Assembly: GCA_020161135.1 (NCBI GenBank)
Contig: JAIUOB010000006.1
Span: 35,968-99,967 of the forward strand
DNA from: Gemmatimonadota bacterium
Lineage (GTDB): Bacteria > Gemmatimonadota > Gemmatimonadetes > Gemmatimonadales > Gemmatimonadaceae
Length of the DNA stretch: 64,000 bases
Direction: 5' to 3'
In this document: positions 47,497-56,330 of the stretch, in pieces
Position numbering within the stretch: position 1 is the stretch's first letter
How the letters are laid out: every line of letters begins with the position of its first letter
The notes under the pieces: model-generated
What the model was told of the DNA's origin: nothing
The model's database searches: none
What the model saw: the letters and a program-made list of their open reading frames with translations, nothing else
Translations under genes and position numbers: made by a program

Positions 47497-49695
47497 GTGG
47501 CTGCTGACCACGGTTGTTCGTCCCTCGCGCGTCGGTCCACGCGTGTGGCAACGCGCCACATCGGACCACGCGGCGCGCTGCTGATCACGGCCATCGCGTG
47601 GCATGCGGCGCAGGTCGTGCGCCCCGCGCCCCTTGTCGCCCAGGGCGCGCTGCCGGGCTACGCCCCCGCGTCCGCCACCTCTCAGCGCGCCGCCGAGTCC
47701 CGCGCCATTGCCGCGCCGCAGCCGGCCCGCGCCAAGACACGTTCGGCCGCGCTGTCGCGCGAGCCGCACGTGGCGGGTACACCGGCGCAGAAGCGCACTG
47801 CCGACTACGTCATTGCCCAGATGCAGGCTCTCGGGCTCGAGACCGAGCTGCGGCGTTACGACGTCTGGCTCCCCCATGCCACCAGCGTGCGCGTCGTGCG
47901 CCTCAACGGCCGCGACTCCACGGTGCTCGACCTGCGCGAACCCGGCATCGCCGGCGACCCGGCCACGCTCCTGCCGCAGTACCCGACGGTGAACGGCTCC
48001 AGCGGCGCCGGCACGGGCACCGGCGATCTCGTCTTCGTGAACTTCGGCCTCATCGAGGACTATGCGGTCCTCGACTCCATGGGCATCTCGGTGCGCGGCA
48101 AGGTTGTGCTGGCGCGCTACGGCCGCAGCTTCCGCGGCATCAAGGCGCGCGAAGCCGAGAAGCGCGGGGCGGTGGGAGTACTCATCTATACCGACCCGCT
48201 CGACGACGGCTTCGTGCAGGGTGATGTCTACCCCGAGGGGCCCATGCGTCCCGCGCGCAGTGTGCAGCGGGGGAGTGTCTTCAACGGCCGCGGCGATCCG
48301 CTCACCCCCGGCTACCCCAGCACGCAGGGCCAGCCGCGTCTCGACCTCGCCAGCGCCAGTGCGCTGCCCCGCATTCCGGTGGTGCCCATCAGCGCGGCCA
48401 ACGCGCAGATCCTGCTGGGCGACCTGCGCGGCGCCGACATCCCGCGCGGCTGGCAGGGCGGGCTCGCGCTGCGCTACCACGTGGGACCGGGCCCGGTGAA
48501 GGTGCGCGTCACCGTCACCTCCGACGCCGCCACCCGTGGCACGAAGCCCATCTACAACACGCTCGGCTATCTGCGCGGCAGCGACTACCCCGACGAGTTC
48601 GTCTACATCGGCGCACACCGCGATGCGTGGGGGCCCGGCGCCGCCGACAACATCAGCGGTACGGTGAGCGTCCTCGAAGCCGCGTCGGCGCTGGCCGAAC
48701 TCGCGCGCAGCGGCACGCGCCCCAAGCGCACCATCGTCTTCGCCACGTGGGATGCGGAGGAGTGGGGCCTCATGGGCAGCACCGAACACGTCGAGGACGA
48801 CTCGCTGCGACTGTTGCGTGGTGCAGTCGCGTACCTGAACCAGGATGTCGCGGCGCAGGGGGCGCAGTTCGGTGGTGGTGGCTCCCCATCGCTGCGGGCG
48901 GCTCTGCGTGACATCACGCGGCAGGTGCAGGACCCCAAGACCGGTCGCACCGTGTATGAGGCGTGGCGCCTCGCCACCGGCACCCGCGCGGACACGCTCG
49001 AGCCGCCCATGGGTGATCCGGGCGGCGGCAGCGACTACGAGGGCTTCTACCACCACCTCGGCATTCCGAGTGCGGAGTGGGGCTTCGGGGGTCCCGCCGG
49101 CACCTATCACTCGGCCTACGACACGCACGCCTGGATGGAACGGTTCGGCGACCCCGGCTTTGCCTATCACGCCACGGCCGGACGCATCGGCGCGGCGCTC
49201 GCGCTGCGGCTCGCCAACGCCGACATCCTGCCGTACGACTACGTCGAGTACGCGCGCACGATGCGCCGCTTCGTCACGCCCATCGAGCGCGGCCTGACGC
49301 AGAAGGGGTGGAGCACCGCGGCGGCCGCGCCACTCCTGGCCGCCATCGGCACCATGGAGCAGGCTGCGGCGGCGTTCACGCAGGCGCGCGACGCCGCGTT
49401 GGCCGGCGGCACGCTCCCACGCACGACGCGCGACGCCACGAATGCGGCGCTGCTGCGGGTCGAGCGCGGCTTCGCGCGGCCGAGTGGCCTCAAGAGCCGC
49501 CCGTGGTATCGCTCGCTGGTGTATGCGTCGGATGTCGACAACGGGTACTCGGTCATGACCTTCCCGGGCATCGGCGAGGCGCTGCGCTACGGCACCCAGG
49601 CCGATGTGCAGGCCGAGATCGCCGATCTCGCCGCACGATTCACCGCGGCGGCGCAGGCGCTGGACGCCGCGCGCGCTGCGCTCGCCTCCCGCTGA
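47497..49695 (+). CDS. M28 glutamate-carboxypeptidase-II-like peptidase (PA and TfR-dimerisation domains)
   Basis: PHVAGT, FVNFGLIED, RYGRSFRGIK, SVQRGSV, IGAHRDAW, DNISG, WDAEEWGLMGSTE, LNQD, YHSAYD, SGLKSRPWYR. Start approximate. Confidence 0.88.
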   Translation: MAADHGCSSLARRSTRVATRHIGPRGALLITAIAWHAAQVVRPAPLVAQGALPGYAPASATSQRAAESRAIAAPQPARAKTRSAALSREPHVAGTPAQKRTADYVIAQMQALGLETELRRYDVWLPHATSVRVVRLNGRDSTVLDLREPGIAGDPATLLPQYPTVNGSSGAGTGTGDLVFVNFGLIEDYAVLDSMGISVRGKVVLARYGRSFRGIKAREAEKRGAVGVLIYTDPLDDGFVQGDVYPEGPMRPARSVQRGSVFNGRGDPLTPGYPSTQGQPRLDLASASALPRIPVVPISAANAQILLGDLRGADIPRGWQGGLALRYHVGPGPVKVRVTVTSDAATRGTKPIYNTLGYLRGSDYPDEFVYIGAHRDAWGPGAADNISGTVSVLEAASALAELARSGTRPKRTIVFATWDAEEWGLMGSTEHVEDDSLRLLRGAVAYLNQDVAAQGAQFGGGGSPSLRAALRDITRQVQDPKTGRTVYEAWRLATGTRADTLEPPMGDPGGGSDYEGFYHHLGIPSAEWGFGGPAGTYHSAYDTHAWMERFGDPGFAYHATAGRIGAALALRLANADILPYDYVEYARTMRRFVTPIERGLTQKGWSTAAAAPLLAAIGTMEQAAAAFTQARDAALAGGTLPRTTRDATNAALLRVERGFARPSGLKSRPWYRSLVYASDVDNGYSVMTFPGIGEALRYGTQADVQAEIADLAARFTAAAQALDAARAALASR

Positions 49696-49697
49696 CC

Positions 49698-50030
49698 ATG
49701 CCAGACAACAGCATCGAGTACCTCACGCCGCGCGAGGTGGCCGCGCGTCTCGCGAGCGACACGCCGCCACGCATCATCGACGTGCGCGAGGTGTGGGAGT
49801 ATGACATCGCGCATCTCCCCAACAGCACGCTCGTGCCTTTGTCGACGCTGCCGGGCGTCGCCGACGGCCTCGATCGGGACGTCACGTACGCGCTGCTGTG
49901 CCATCACGGCATGCGCAGCGAGATGGCCGCGCGGTGGATGGCGCAGCACGGCTTCACGCGCCTCATCAACATCGACGGGGGAATCGACGCCTGGAGTGAC
50001 GACGTCGACCCCTCGCTGCCGCGCTATTGA
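49698..50030 (+). CDS. Single-domain rhodanese
   Basis: IIDVREVWEY, LCHHGMRS, IDGGIDAW. Confidence 0.88.
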   Translation: MPDNSIEYLTPREVAARLASDTPPRIIDVREVWEYDIAHLPNSTLVPLSTLPGVADGLDRDVTYALLCHHGMRSEMAARWMAQHGFTRLINIDGGIDAWSDDVDPSLPRY

Positions 50031-51016
50031 GCCTCGCGATGGTCACCGCCGCTGCGGTTGCCGCGAGCGCGGCGGCGGTGGGCATGAGCGCCGTCGTGTG
50101 GCGCGCGCGGCAGCGTCGCCGCTTCGAGCAGGCACACGCGGCCCGGCGCGCGCTCGACGCGCAGGGCAACGTGATCGGCGCGGGCCAGATCGCGTGGCCC
50201 GCGCCGCGCCCTGAGGCGCCGGCCGCGCTGCTGCTCCACGGCTTCAACGACACGCCGCAGTCCATGGCGTATCTCGCCGCCCGGTTGCACACAGCGGGGT
50301 ACGCGGTGCTGGTGCCGCAGCTTCCCGGTCACGGCGTCTCGCTCGCGCGCATGGCGCGCGAGGCCCGCGTGGCGGCGTGGCAACGCACGGTGCGCGAGGC
50401 CTGCGCGGCGCTGCAGGAACGGCACACCCGCGTGTTCGTCTGCGGCCAGAGCATGGGTGGTGCGCTGGCCATCGTGGAGTCGGTCGCGTCGCGCACGGGC
50501 GCGCCGCGTGACATCGCCGCGCTCGCCCTGCTCGCACCGTACATCGGCATGACCACCGCGCTGCAGTGGCGCACGCTCGCGGCCACGCTGCTGCAGTGGC
50601 TGCTGCCGTACCACACCAGCACCGGCGGTGAGCGGTCGATTCACGATGCCGTCGCGCGGGCCGAAGCGTTGGGCCCGGGGGTCGTCACGGCGCGCATGTT
50701 GCGCGGGCTGCGCCACATCGCGCGCGCGGCGGAGCGGGTGTTGCCGCAGCTCATGGTCCCCACGCTCTATCTCCAATCGCGCGAAGACAATCGCATCGCG
50801 GTGTCCGTTGCCGAGCGGGCCTTCGCGGCCATTGGCGCACCTGACAAGCGACAGCAGTGGCTGGCTGGTTGTGGCCATATCCTGTCGGCCGACTTCTGCC
50901 GCGACACCGTGGCTGACGCCGTCATCGCGTGGTTCAACGCGCATGGTGGAGGCGCGGACAGCGTGGTGGCGCCCACATCCGCGGCCGCCGCTGGCGCCCC
51001 CCCGACACGGGGCTAG
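50027..51016 (+). CDS. Alpha/beta hydrolase (carboxylesterase-like) with N-terminal membrane anchor
   Basis: LLLHGF, LPGHG, nucleophile elbow GQSMGG, QSRED, CGHILS. Confidence 0.82.
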   Translation: MSLAMVTAAAVAASAAAVGMSAVVWRARQRRRFEQAHAARRALDAQGNVIGAGQIAWPAPRPEAPAALLLHGFNDTPQSMAYLAARLHTAGYAVLVPQLPGHGVSLARMAREARVAAWQRTVREACAALQERHTRVFVCGQSMGGALAIVESVASRTGAPRDIAALALLAPYIGMTTALQWRTLAATLLQWLLPYHTSTGGERSIHDAVARAEALGPGVVTARMLRGLRHIARAAERVLPQLMVPTLYLQSREDNRIAVSVAERAFAAIGAPDKRQQWLAGCGHILSADFCRDTVADAVIAWFNAHGGGADSVVAPTSAAAAGAPPTRG

Positions 51017-51088
51017 CTTTCCTGAGTCGCTCGGGTCCCGCGCATGGCGCGCGGGCTGGCGACGTACGGACCTCCTGGAGTCATCTGC

Positions 51089-51874
51089 ATGCCCGAGTTC
51101 GGAAGCTGGGGAACCGACTGGTGGAAGCCGGTCGTGTTCGTGCTCGTTGCCGGCCACCTCACCAACATCTGCGTCACGCTCTTCCTCCACCGCTCGCAGA
51201 CGCATCGCGGGGTGGTCTTCCATCAGCTCGTCGAGCTGCCCATGCGCGTGTGGCTGTGGCTCACCACCGCCATCCGCACCAAGGAGTGGGTCGCCTGCCA
51301 TCGCAAGCACCACGCCTTCGCCGACCGTGAAGGCGATCCGCACAGCCCGCTCGTCGAAGGGCTGCGCAACATCCTGCTCAAGGGCGCCTTCTACTATCGC
51401 AAGGCCGTGCGGCAGCCCGGTGTGCTCGAGAAGTACGGCAAGGGCACGCCCGACGACTTCCTCGAGCGGCACCTCCTCGACCGTCGCTCCAGCCTCGGCA
51501 TCCTCTTCATGCTCGGCATCGACATCTGGCTCTTCGGCTGGTTCGCCGGGCCGCTGGTGTGGGGCGTGCAGATGATCTGGATTCCCTTCTGGGCGGCCGG
51601 CGTCATCAACGGCATCGGTCACGCGCTCGGGTACCGCAACCACGACGTGAAGGATGAAAGCCGCAACATCTCGCCGATCGGCATCATCATCGCCGGCGAG
51701 GAGCTGCACAACAACCATCACGCCGATCCGCACAGCGCGAAGTTCGCGCACCGCTGGTTCGAGTTCGACATCGGCTGGATGTACATCAAGCTCCTGTCGC
51801 TCTTCGGCCTCGCCCAGGTGAAGTACGCGCGCGTGGGCGCGCACGAGCGCATCGCGGAGACGGTGGATGGCTGA
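51089..51874 (+). CDS. Membrane fatty-acid desaturase (delta-9-like)
   Basis: His boxes HRSQTH, HRKHH, HNNHH; WFEFDIGW; GGAG RBS. Confidence 0.9.
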   Translation: MPEFGSWGTDWWKPVVFVLVAGHLTNICVTLFLHRSQTHRGVVFHQLVELPMRVWLWLTTAIRTKEWVACHRKHHAFADREGDPHSPLVEGLRNILLKGAFYYRKAVRQPGVLEKYGKGTPDDFLERHLLDRRSSLGILFMLGIDIWLFGWFAGPLVWGVQMIWIPFWAAGVINGIGHALGYRNHDVKDESRNISPIGIIIAGEELHNNHHADPHSAKFAHRWFEFDIGWMYIKLLSLFGLAQVKYARVGAHERIAETVDG

Positions 51875-52145
51875 CATCACCTGCTCGCGCTGCGGCCAGA
51901 CGCGTGAGGGCTTCGAGCGCCCGCCCTTTCCCGGCGCCATCGGCGCGCGCATCGTCGGCGAGATCTGCAAGACCTGCTGGGGCGACTGGCTCAAGCAGCA
52001 GACGATGTTGATCAATCACTACGGGCTCAACGTCATGGACCCCCAGGCGCGCACCTTCCTCACCCGCAACATGGAGGCCTTCCTGTTCAAGGCCGGCCAG
52101 GGCGAGGATGTGGACACCACCAAGCAGGGTACGATCAACTGGTGA
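51867..52145 (+). CDS. yggX: YggX-family oxidative-damage protection / Fe(II)-trafficking protein, four-Cys variant
   Basis: PFPGAIGARI...W..W.KQQTMLINH..L...DP.AR.FL...M..FLF matches the YggX pattern. Confidence 0.82.
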   Translation: MADITCSRCGQTREGFERPPFPGAIGARIVGEICKTCWGDWLKQQTMLINHYGLNVMDPQARTFLTRNMEAFLFKAGQGEDVDTTKQGTINW

Positions 52146-52163
52146 CCTGAGCGCACCTCCCCG

Positions 52164-52210
52164 AACGAGACAGGCCGCGCTGCATCGCATGCAGCGCGGC
52201 CTGTCTCGTT
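52164..52210. terminator. Long perfect hairpin between convergent genes
   Basis: 22-bp perfect stem AACGAGACAGGCCGCGCTGCAT / ATGCAGCGCGGCCTGTCTCGTT, loop CGC. Confidence 0.7.
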
Positions 52211-52229
52211 GTGTGACGCCCGTGGCGTC

Positions 52230-52439
52230 TCAGTTCACGCCCGCGATGTACCGGGCCAGACGCCCGCAGCTCGTACACTTGAGCGTGACGTGCGAGTTGG
52301 GTGGCGGCGGATGCGACACAGGGTCGCGGTCGATGTGCCCGGAGCATGACGGGCAGCTGAGCGGGAGACCCGTGCGGTCGGCGGCAATCAAATGCAGCGC
52401 CTGTGCCGGGTTGTAGGTATTGGGTCGTGGCTTACGCAT
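52230..52439 (-). CDS. 69-aa CxxC/CxxC zinc-ribbon-like microprotein
   Basis: AGGAGG RBS 7 nt before ATG 52439; CPSC and CTSCG. Confidence 0.7.
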   Translation of the reverse strand: MRKPRPNTYNPAQALHLIAADRTGLPLSCPSCSGHIDRDPVSHPPPPNSHVTLKCTSCGRLARYIAGVN

Positions 52440-52592
52440 CCTGCAGCCTCCTAGCGCGAAGTGCGCCAGCCGGGAGCCATCCGGCCGACTGGGCATAACC
52501 TACTCAAGCCAGTCCCGCATTTGCAGCACGCTCCGTACAAATGCGTACAAAAGCGGTGCGTCAGGTAACCTGCAAACCGCATTTCAGCGGGT

Positions 52593-53591
52593 TCAGTCCC
52601 ACGACTCCGGTCGGCGCCACAGCCGCCGACCGAGACGCCAAGACCGCTTCGCGGAGACTTCCGCACTGCTGCCGGCCGGGAAAAGCTCGGGGTCGGACAG
52701 CTCGTCCATCATGTCCGTGGCCTTGGCCGATGCCTCGTCGGCCCAGTGCACGATCTCGGCTTCCGCGGTCATCGGCTGCACCGGACTGCCGAACTCGAGC
52801 GCCCCATGGTGCGACAGGATGAAGTGCAGCATCTCGTCGCGCTGCGCGGTGGTCAGGGACAGGCCGCTCGCGTTGAGCGTGCGGTCGAACATGAGCGCGC
52901 CCAGCGTGACATGACCCAGCAGCATCCCGGTCGGCGTGTGCGAGAAGCCTTCGGGGGCGATGCCGTAGGCCTCCACCTTGCCGATGTCGTGCAGCATGGC
53001 GCCTGCCACCGCGAGGTCGGCGTTGGCCTTGCGCACTGTCTTCGCGATGTGCTTGGCAATGCTGGTCACCTCGAACACATGCAACAGCAGCCCGCCCAGT
53101 TGCGCGTGATGCCCGTTCACCGCACCCGGCGTGCGCTCGAAGCGCGCGCGAAACGCCTCGTCGGCGAAGAACAGGTCCACCACCGCGCGCACCGTCGGTG
53201 AGGCAATGCCCGTGCGCAGCTTGTCGAAGGCATCCCACACCTGGTCGACCTTGGCGTCGATGCGCGGCAGGAAGCCGGACGGATCGACCGACTCCGGCGG
53301 AAGCGCCCGCACCGGCCCGCCCAGCTGCAACTGGCGCTTGCTGCGTCCTTCGTCGCCGAACTGCGTGATCTCGCCGGTGACGTGCACCACGCGCCCCTTG
53401 TCGGCGCCCGCACACCAGTCGAGTCGCTCCGACCAGATGGGCGCCGTGTCGATCGTCCCCGACGCATTCCCCAAGGTCAGCACGATGAACGGAGCGCCGG
53501 CCCGGGTGCTCTTCTCAGCACGTTCCTTCACGAGGAACTCGTCGTCCACCCGGTCTCCGGGCGCAGCAGCACGCAAGTCGAATCGGCTCAT
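52593..53591 (-). CDS. yhaM: OB-fold + HD-domain 3'-5' exoribonuclease, YhaM/Cbf1-like
   Basis: N-terminal OB (LTLGNASGTIDT.IW), HHAQLGGLLLH, MLHDIGKV, LGHVTLG, HFILSHHGALEFGSP, EAEIVHWADEASAK. Confidence 0.82.
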   Translation of the reverse strand: MSRFDLRAAAPGDRVDDEFLVKERAEKSTRAGAPFIVLTLGNASGTIDTAPIWSERLDWCAGADKGRVVHVTGEITQFGDEGRSKRQLQLGGPVRALPPESVDPSGFLPRIDAKVDQVWDAFDKLRTGIASPTVRAVVDLFFADEAFRARFERTPGAVNGHHAQLGGLLLHVFEVTSIAKHIAKTVRKANADLAVAGAMLHDIGKVEAYGIAPEGFSHTPTGMLLGHVTLGALMFDRTLNASGLSLTTAQRDEMLHFILSHHGALEFGSPVQPMTAEAEIVHWADEASAKATDMMDELSDPELFPAGSSAEVSAKRSWRLGRRLWRRPESWD

Positions 53592-53702
53592 GCCGCAAAC
53601 TCGCCCGGTCCGGACGACGACGGAAGCCGGGAGCGACGTGCCCTTGCGCGCGGCCGTCGGTTCGGAGAGGCTTCGATGGCAGCCCCGACACTTCCGCACG
53701 CC

Positions 53703-54227
53703 ATGGCCACGACAACGCACCCCGAATCCCACGCCGACACGTCCCACCCCCTCCCCGAGGCGCACGCGCCCGAGGTGGACGACCGTCAGCTTGCCGCCCT
53801 CAGGCTCTGGATCATCATGTCCCGGGCCCACACCGCCATCGCCAACCACGCCTCGGCTGACATCGCGCGGCAGGGGCTCACGCTGGCGGAGTTCGGGATC
53901 CTCGAGGCGCTGTACCACCGCGGCCCCATGCTGCTGGGCGAGGTGCAGCGGCGCATTCTCGTCTCGAGCGGCGGCATCACCTTCCTGGTCGATCGCCTGA
54001 CCGCCAAGGGGCTCGTCGAGCGGCGCACCTGCGAAAGCGACCGGCGCGCCCGCTATGCCGCCCTCACCCCCAAGGGCGAGGCGCTGGTCGCGGAGATCTT
54101 CCCGGCCCACGCGGATACGCTCACCCGCGCCATGGGCGCCCTCACCGTCGAAGAGCAGCAGACGGTCACCACGCTGCTCCGGCGCATGGGTCTGGCCGCC
54201 GCCGCCCTCCCGCTGGCCGACGGCTGA
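53703..54227 (+). CDS. MarR-family transcriptional regulator (MhqR-like)
   Basis: LTLAEFGILEALYHRGP, VSSGGITFLVDRL..KGLVER, DRR....LTPKG. Alternative start 53676. Confidence 0.9.
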   Translation: MATTTHPESHADTSHPLPEAHAPEVDDRQLAALRLWIIMSRAHTAIANHASADIARQGLTLAEFGILEALYHRGPMLLGEVQRRILVSSGGITFLVDRLTAKGLVERRTCESDRRARYAALTPKGEALVAEIFPAHADTLTRAMGALTVEEQQTVTTLLRRMGLAAAALPLADG

Positions 54228-54270
54228 CCTGCCCGGGCGGCCAAGCTTGCCCGGGTAGTTTCCTCAGTAC

Positions 54271-54317
54271 TTGACAAACTCCTTAGGGCTGCCCATATTA
54301 CTCAGCAGTGAGCAATA
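54271..54317 (+). promoter_or_regulatory. yceI promoter with overlapping palindromic operator
   Basis: TTGACA (54271-54276), 17 nt, CATATT (54294-54299); palindrome TATTACTCA-GCAG-TGAGCAATA (54296-54317, one mismatch). Confidence 0.65.
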
Positions 54318-54352
54318 GCTCAGCCAACCAAAAACCTCTGAGGAACCGTCAT

Positions 54353-54883
54353 ATGCAGTGGGCCTTCGATACCGCGCACAGCCAGATCCAGTTCGCCGTG
54401 AAGCACATGGGCATCTCCACCGTCCGCGGCACCTTCCAGGCCTTCACGGGCGGCTTCGAGGAGGAGAACGGCGTGGTGAAGTCGCTCACCGTCGACATCG
54501 ACATGGCGTCGCTCACCACGCAGAACGAGCAGCGTGACGGGCACCTCCGGAGCCCCGACTTCTTCGACGTCGCGCAGTTTCCCAAGGCAAGCTTCGAGCT
54601 CACCTCGTTCGATCGCACCGGCGACGAGGTCGTGGCCAGCGGCAACCTCACCATCCGTGGCCAGACGCGCCCCGTGTCGCTCAAGGGCGAGATCGGTGGC
54701 CCGGCCAAGGATCCCTGGGGCAACGAGAAGGTCTCGGCCGTGCTCGAGACCAAGATCTCGCGCAAGGACTGGGGGCTCGTGTGGAACGTCGCACTCGAGG
54801 CGGGCGGCGTGCTCGTCAGCGACGACGTGAAGCTGCACATCGACGTGCAGGCGGCCCCGGTCGCGGCGCCCGCCGCCGTCTGA
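54353..54883 (+). CDS. yceI: YceI-family polyisoprenoid-binding protein
   Basis: W.FDTAHSQIQFAVKHMGISTVRG.F, RDGHLRSPDFFD, NLTIRG, KDPWG, ISRKDWG. Confidence 0.92.
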   Translation: MQWAFDTAHSQIQFAVKHMGISTVRGTFQAFTGGFEEENGVVKSLTVDIDMASLTTQNEQRDGHLRSPDFFDVAQFPKASFELTSFDRTGDEVVASGNLTIRGQTRPVSLKGEIGGPAKDPWGNEKVSAVLETKISRKDWGLVWNVALEAGGVLVSDDVKLHIDVQAAPVAAPAAV

Positions 54884-54893
54884 CGCCTCGCAC

Positions 54894-54935
54894 GTAGCGC
54901 ACAACGCATAACGCGTAGCGCGTAACGCGTAACGC
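54894..54935. repeat. Six tandem imperfect heptamers
   Basis: GTAGCGC ACAACGC ATAACGC GTAGCGC GTAACGC GTAACGC, between convergent genes. Confidence 0.8.
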
Positions 54936-54960
54936 GCGCGACACCAAGCGGCGACGTGCC

Positions 54961-55179
54961 CTACCCCGCGTAGAGCACGTCGCCGTCGTCGTCGAGCCCC
55001 AACTCCTGGTGTGCGCCGCACACGCCGCACACCAGGAGCACATGCCACACCTCGCCCAGCTCGTCGCGCAGCGCCGGCGTCGCTTCACGCACGGTCAGCT
55101 TGCGCCACGTGTACTCCTGGCACGACACGCACGCATGCGCGCGCGCGATGCGCTCGGCGCGCTCCCGGGAAATTGCCAC
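54961..55179 (-). CDS. 72-aa CxxC/CxxC microprotein
   Basis: CVSC and CGVCG about 30 aa apart, acidic C-terminus; fills the gap downstream of the SPFH gene. Confidence 0.65.
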   Translation of the reverse strand: MAISRERAERIARAHACVSCQEYTWRKLTVREATPALRDELGEVWHVLLVCGVCGAHQELGLDDDGDVLYAG

Positions 55180-55218
55180 GATGTCGGTGAAATGGTCGCG
55201 TGAAGGCGGCGCGGCGCG

Positions 55219-56313
55219 TCAGCCGTCGCTGCGGTCCTTCGTGGCCGGCGCCGCCAACGGGCGCGGCGCACCGGGATAGCCGAGCGACGGCGCCTGCGGC
55301 GCACGCGGCAATGCCGGCGGGGCGTTCTCCGTACCCGCCGCCGCACGCGAGGTCGCCGAGAGCACTTCGCGCAGACCGCCCAGCGCGCCCATCACGCCAC
55401 TCGCTTCGGCCGGCAGGAAGATGGTCGTGCCCTTCCCCTGCGTGATCTGCGGCAGCGCGTCGAGATACTTCTGCCCCAGCAGGTACATGCCGGCCTGCCC
55501 GTCGGGCAGCGCTGCCGCCACCCGCGCAATCGCCGACGCCTCGGCCTCCGCCAACGCCAGCCGCGCCTCCGCCTGACCCTGCGCGCGCAGGATGGCCGCC
55601 TCGCGCTCGCCCTCCGCCTTGCGCACCTGCGCCTCGCGCTGGCCCTCGCTCTCGAGAATCGCGGCGCGCTTGCTCGCCTCGGCATTCGTGACCGCGGCGC
55701 GGCGCTCACGCTCGGCGCGCATCACCAGCTCCATGCTCTGCTGGATGTCGCGCGGTGGTTCGATGCTCTGCAGCTCGACGCGCGTCACGTCGACGCCCCA
55801 GCCGATCGACGCCTCCTCGACGACTTCGCGCATGCGCTGGTTGATGACGTCGCGGCTGCCGAGCGTCTGATCGAGTTCCATCTCGCCCACGATGTTGCGC
55901 AGCGTGGTGCGCGTGAGCGTCTCGAGCGCGTACGGCAGGTTCTGGATGCTGTACGTGGCCTTCTGCGGATCGGCGATGCGGTAGTACAGCACCGCATCGA
56001 TGTCGATGGTCACGTTGTCCTTCGTGATGACCGGCTGGCTCGGGAAGTTGAGCACCTGCTCGCGCAGGTCGATGCGCGAGGTCGAGCCCTGGATCATCTT
56101 CTGGTTGCCCAGCGGATCGGTCTCGAGGTAGCGCACGTCGATGGGACGTGGGCGCTCGATGAAGGGCACCAGCAGGTTGAGCCCCGATCGCGCAATGCGA
56201 TCGAACCGCCCCAGTCGTTCAATGACCATGACCTCGGCCTGGCCGATGATGCGGACCGAGGCAGCGATGAGGCCGAGCAGGAGGACAGCGGCGACACCGA
56301 GGGCGATGAGCAT
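55219..56313 (-). CDS. SPFH/Band 7 (QmcA/paraslipin-like) membrane protein
   Basis: N-terminal TM, VIERLGRF, IDLREQV, QPVITKDNVTI.IDAV, RNIVGEMELDQTL, WGVDVTRVE, coiled coil. Confidence 0.92.
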   Translation of the reverse strand: MLIALGVAAVLLLGLIAASVRIIGQAEVMVIERLGRFDRIARSGLNLLVPFIERPRPIDVRYLETDPLGNQKMIQGSTSRIDLREQVLNFPSQPVITKDNVTIDIDAVLYYRIADPQKATYSIQNLPYALETLTRTTLRNIVGEMELDQTLGSRDVINQRMREVVEEASIGWGVDVTRVELQSIEPPRDIQQSMELVMRAERERRAAVTNAEASKRAAILESEGQREAQVRKAEGEREAAILRAQGQAEARLALAEAEASAIARVAAALPDGQAGMYLLGQKYLDALPQITQGKGTTIFLPAEASGVMGALGGLREVLSATSRAAAGTENAPPALPRAPQAPSLGYPGAPRPLAAPATKDRSDG

Positions 56314-56330
56314 TGGACGGGGGGCTCAGG

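Noticed and set aside
50024-52015. 663-aa minus-strand ORF
   Set aside because: Antisense to the esterase, desaturase and yggX genes, which have clear motifs.
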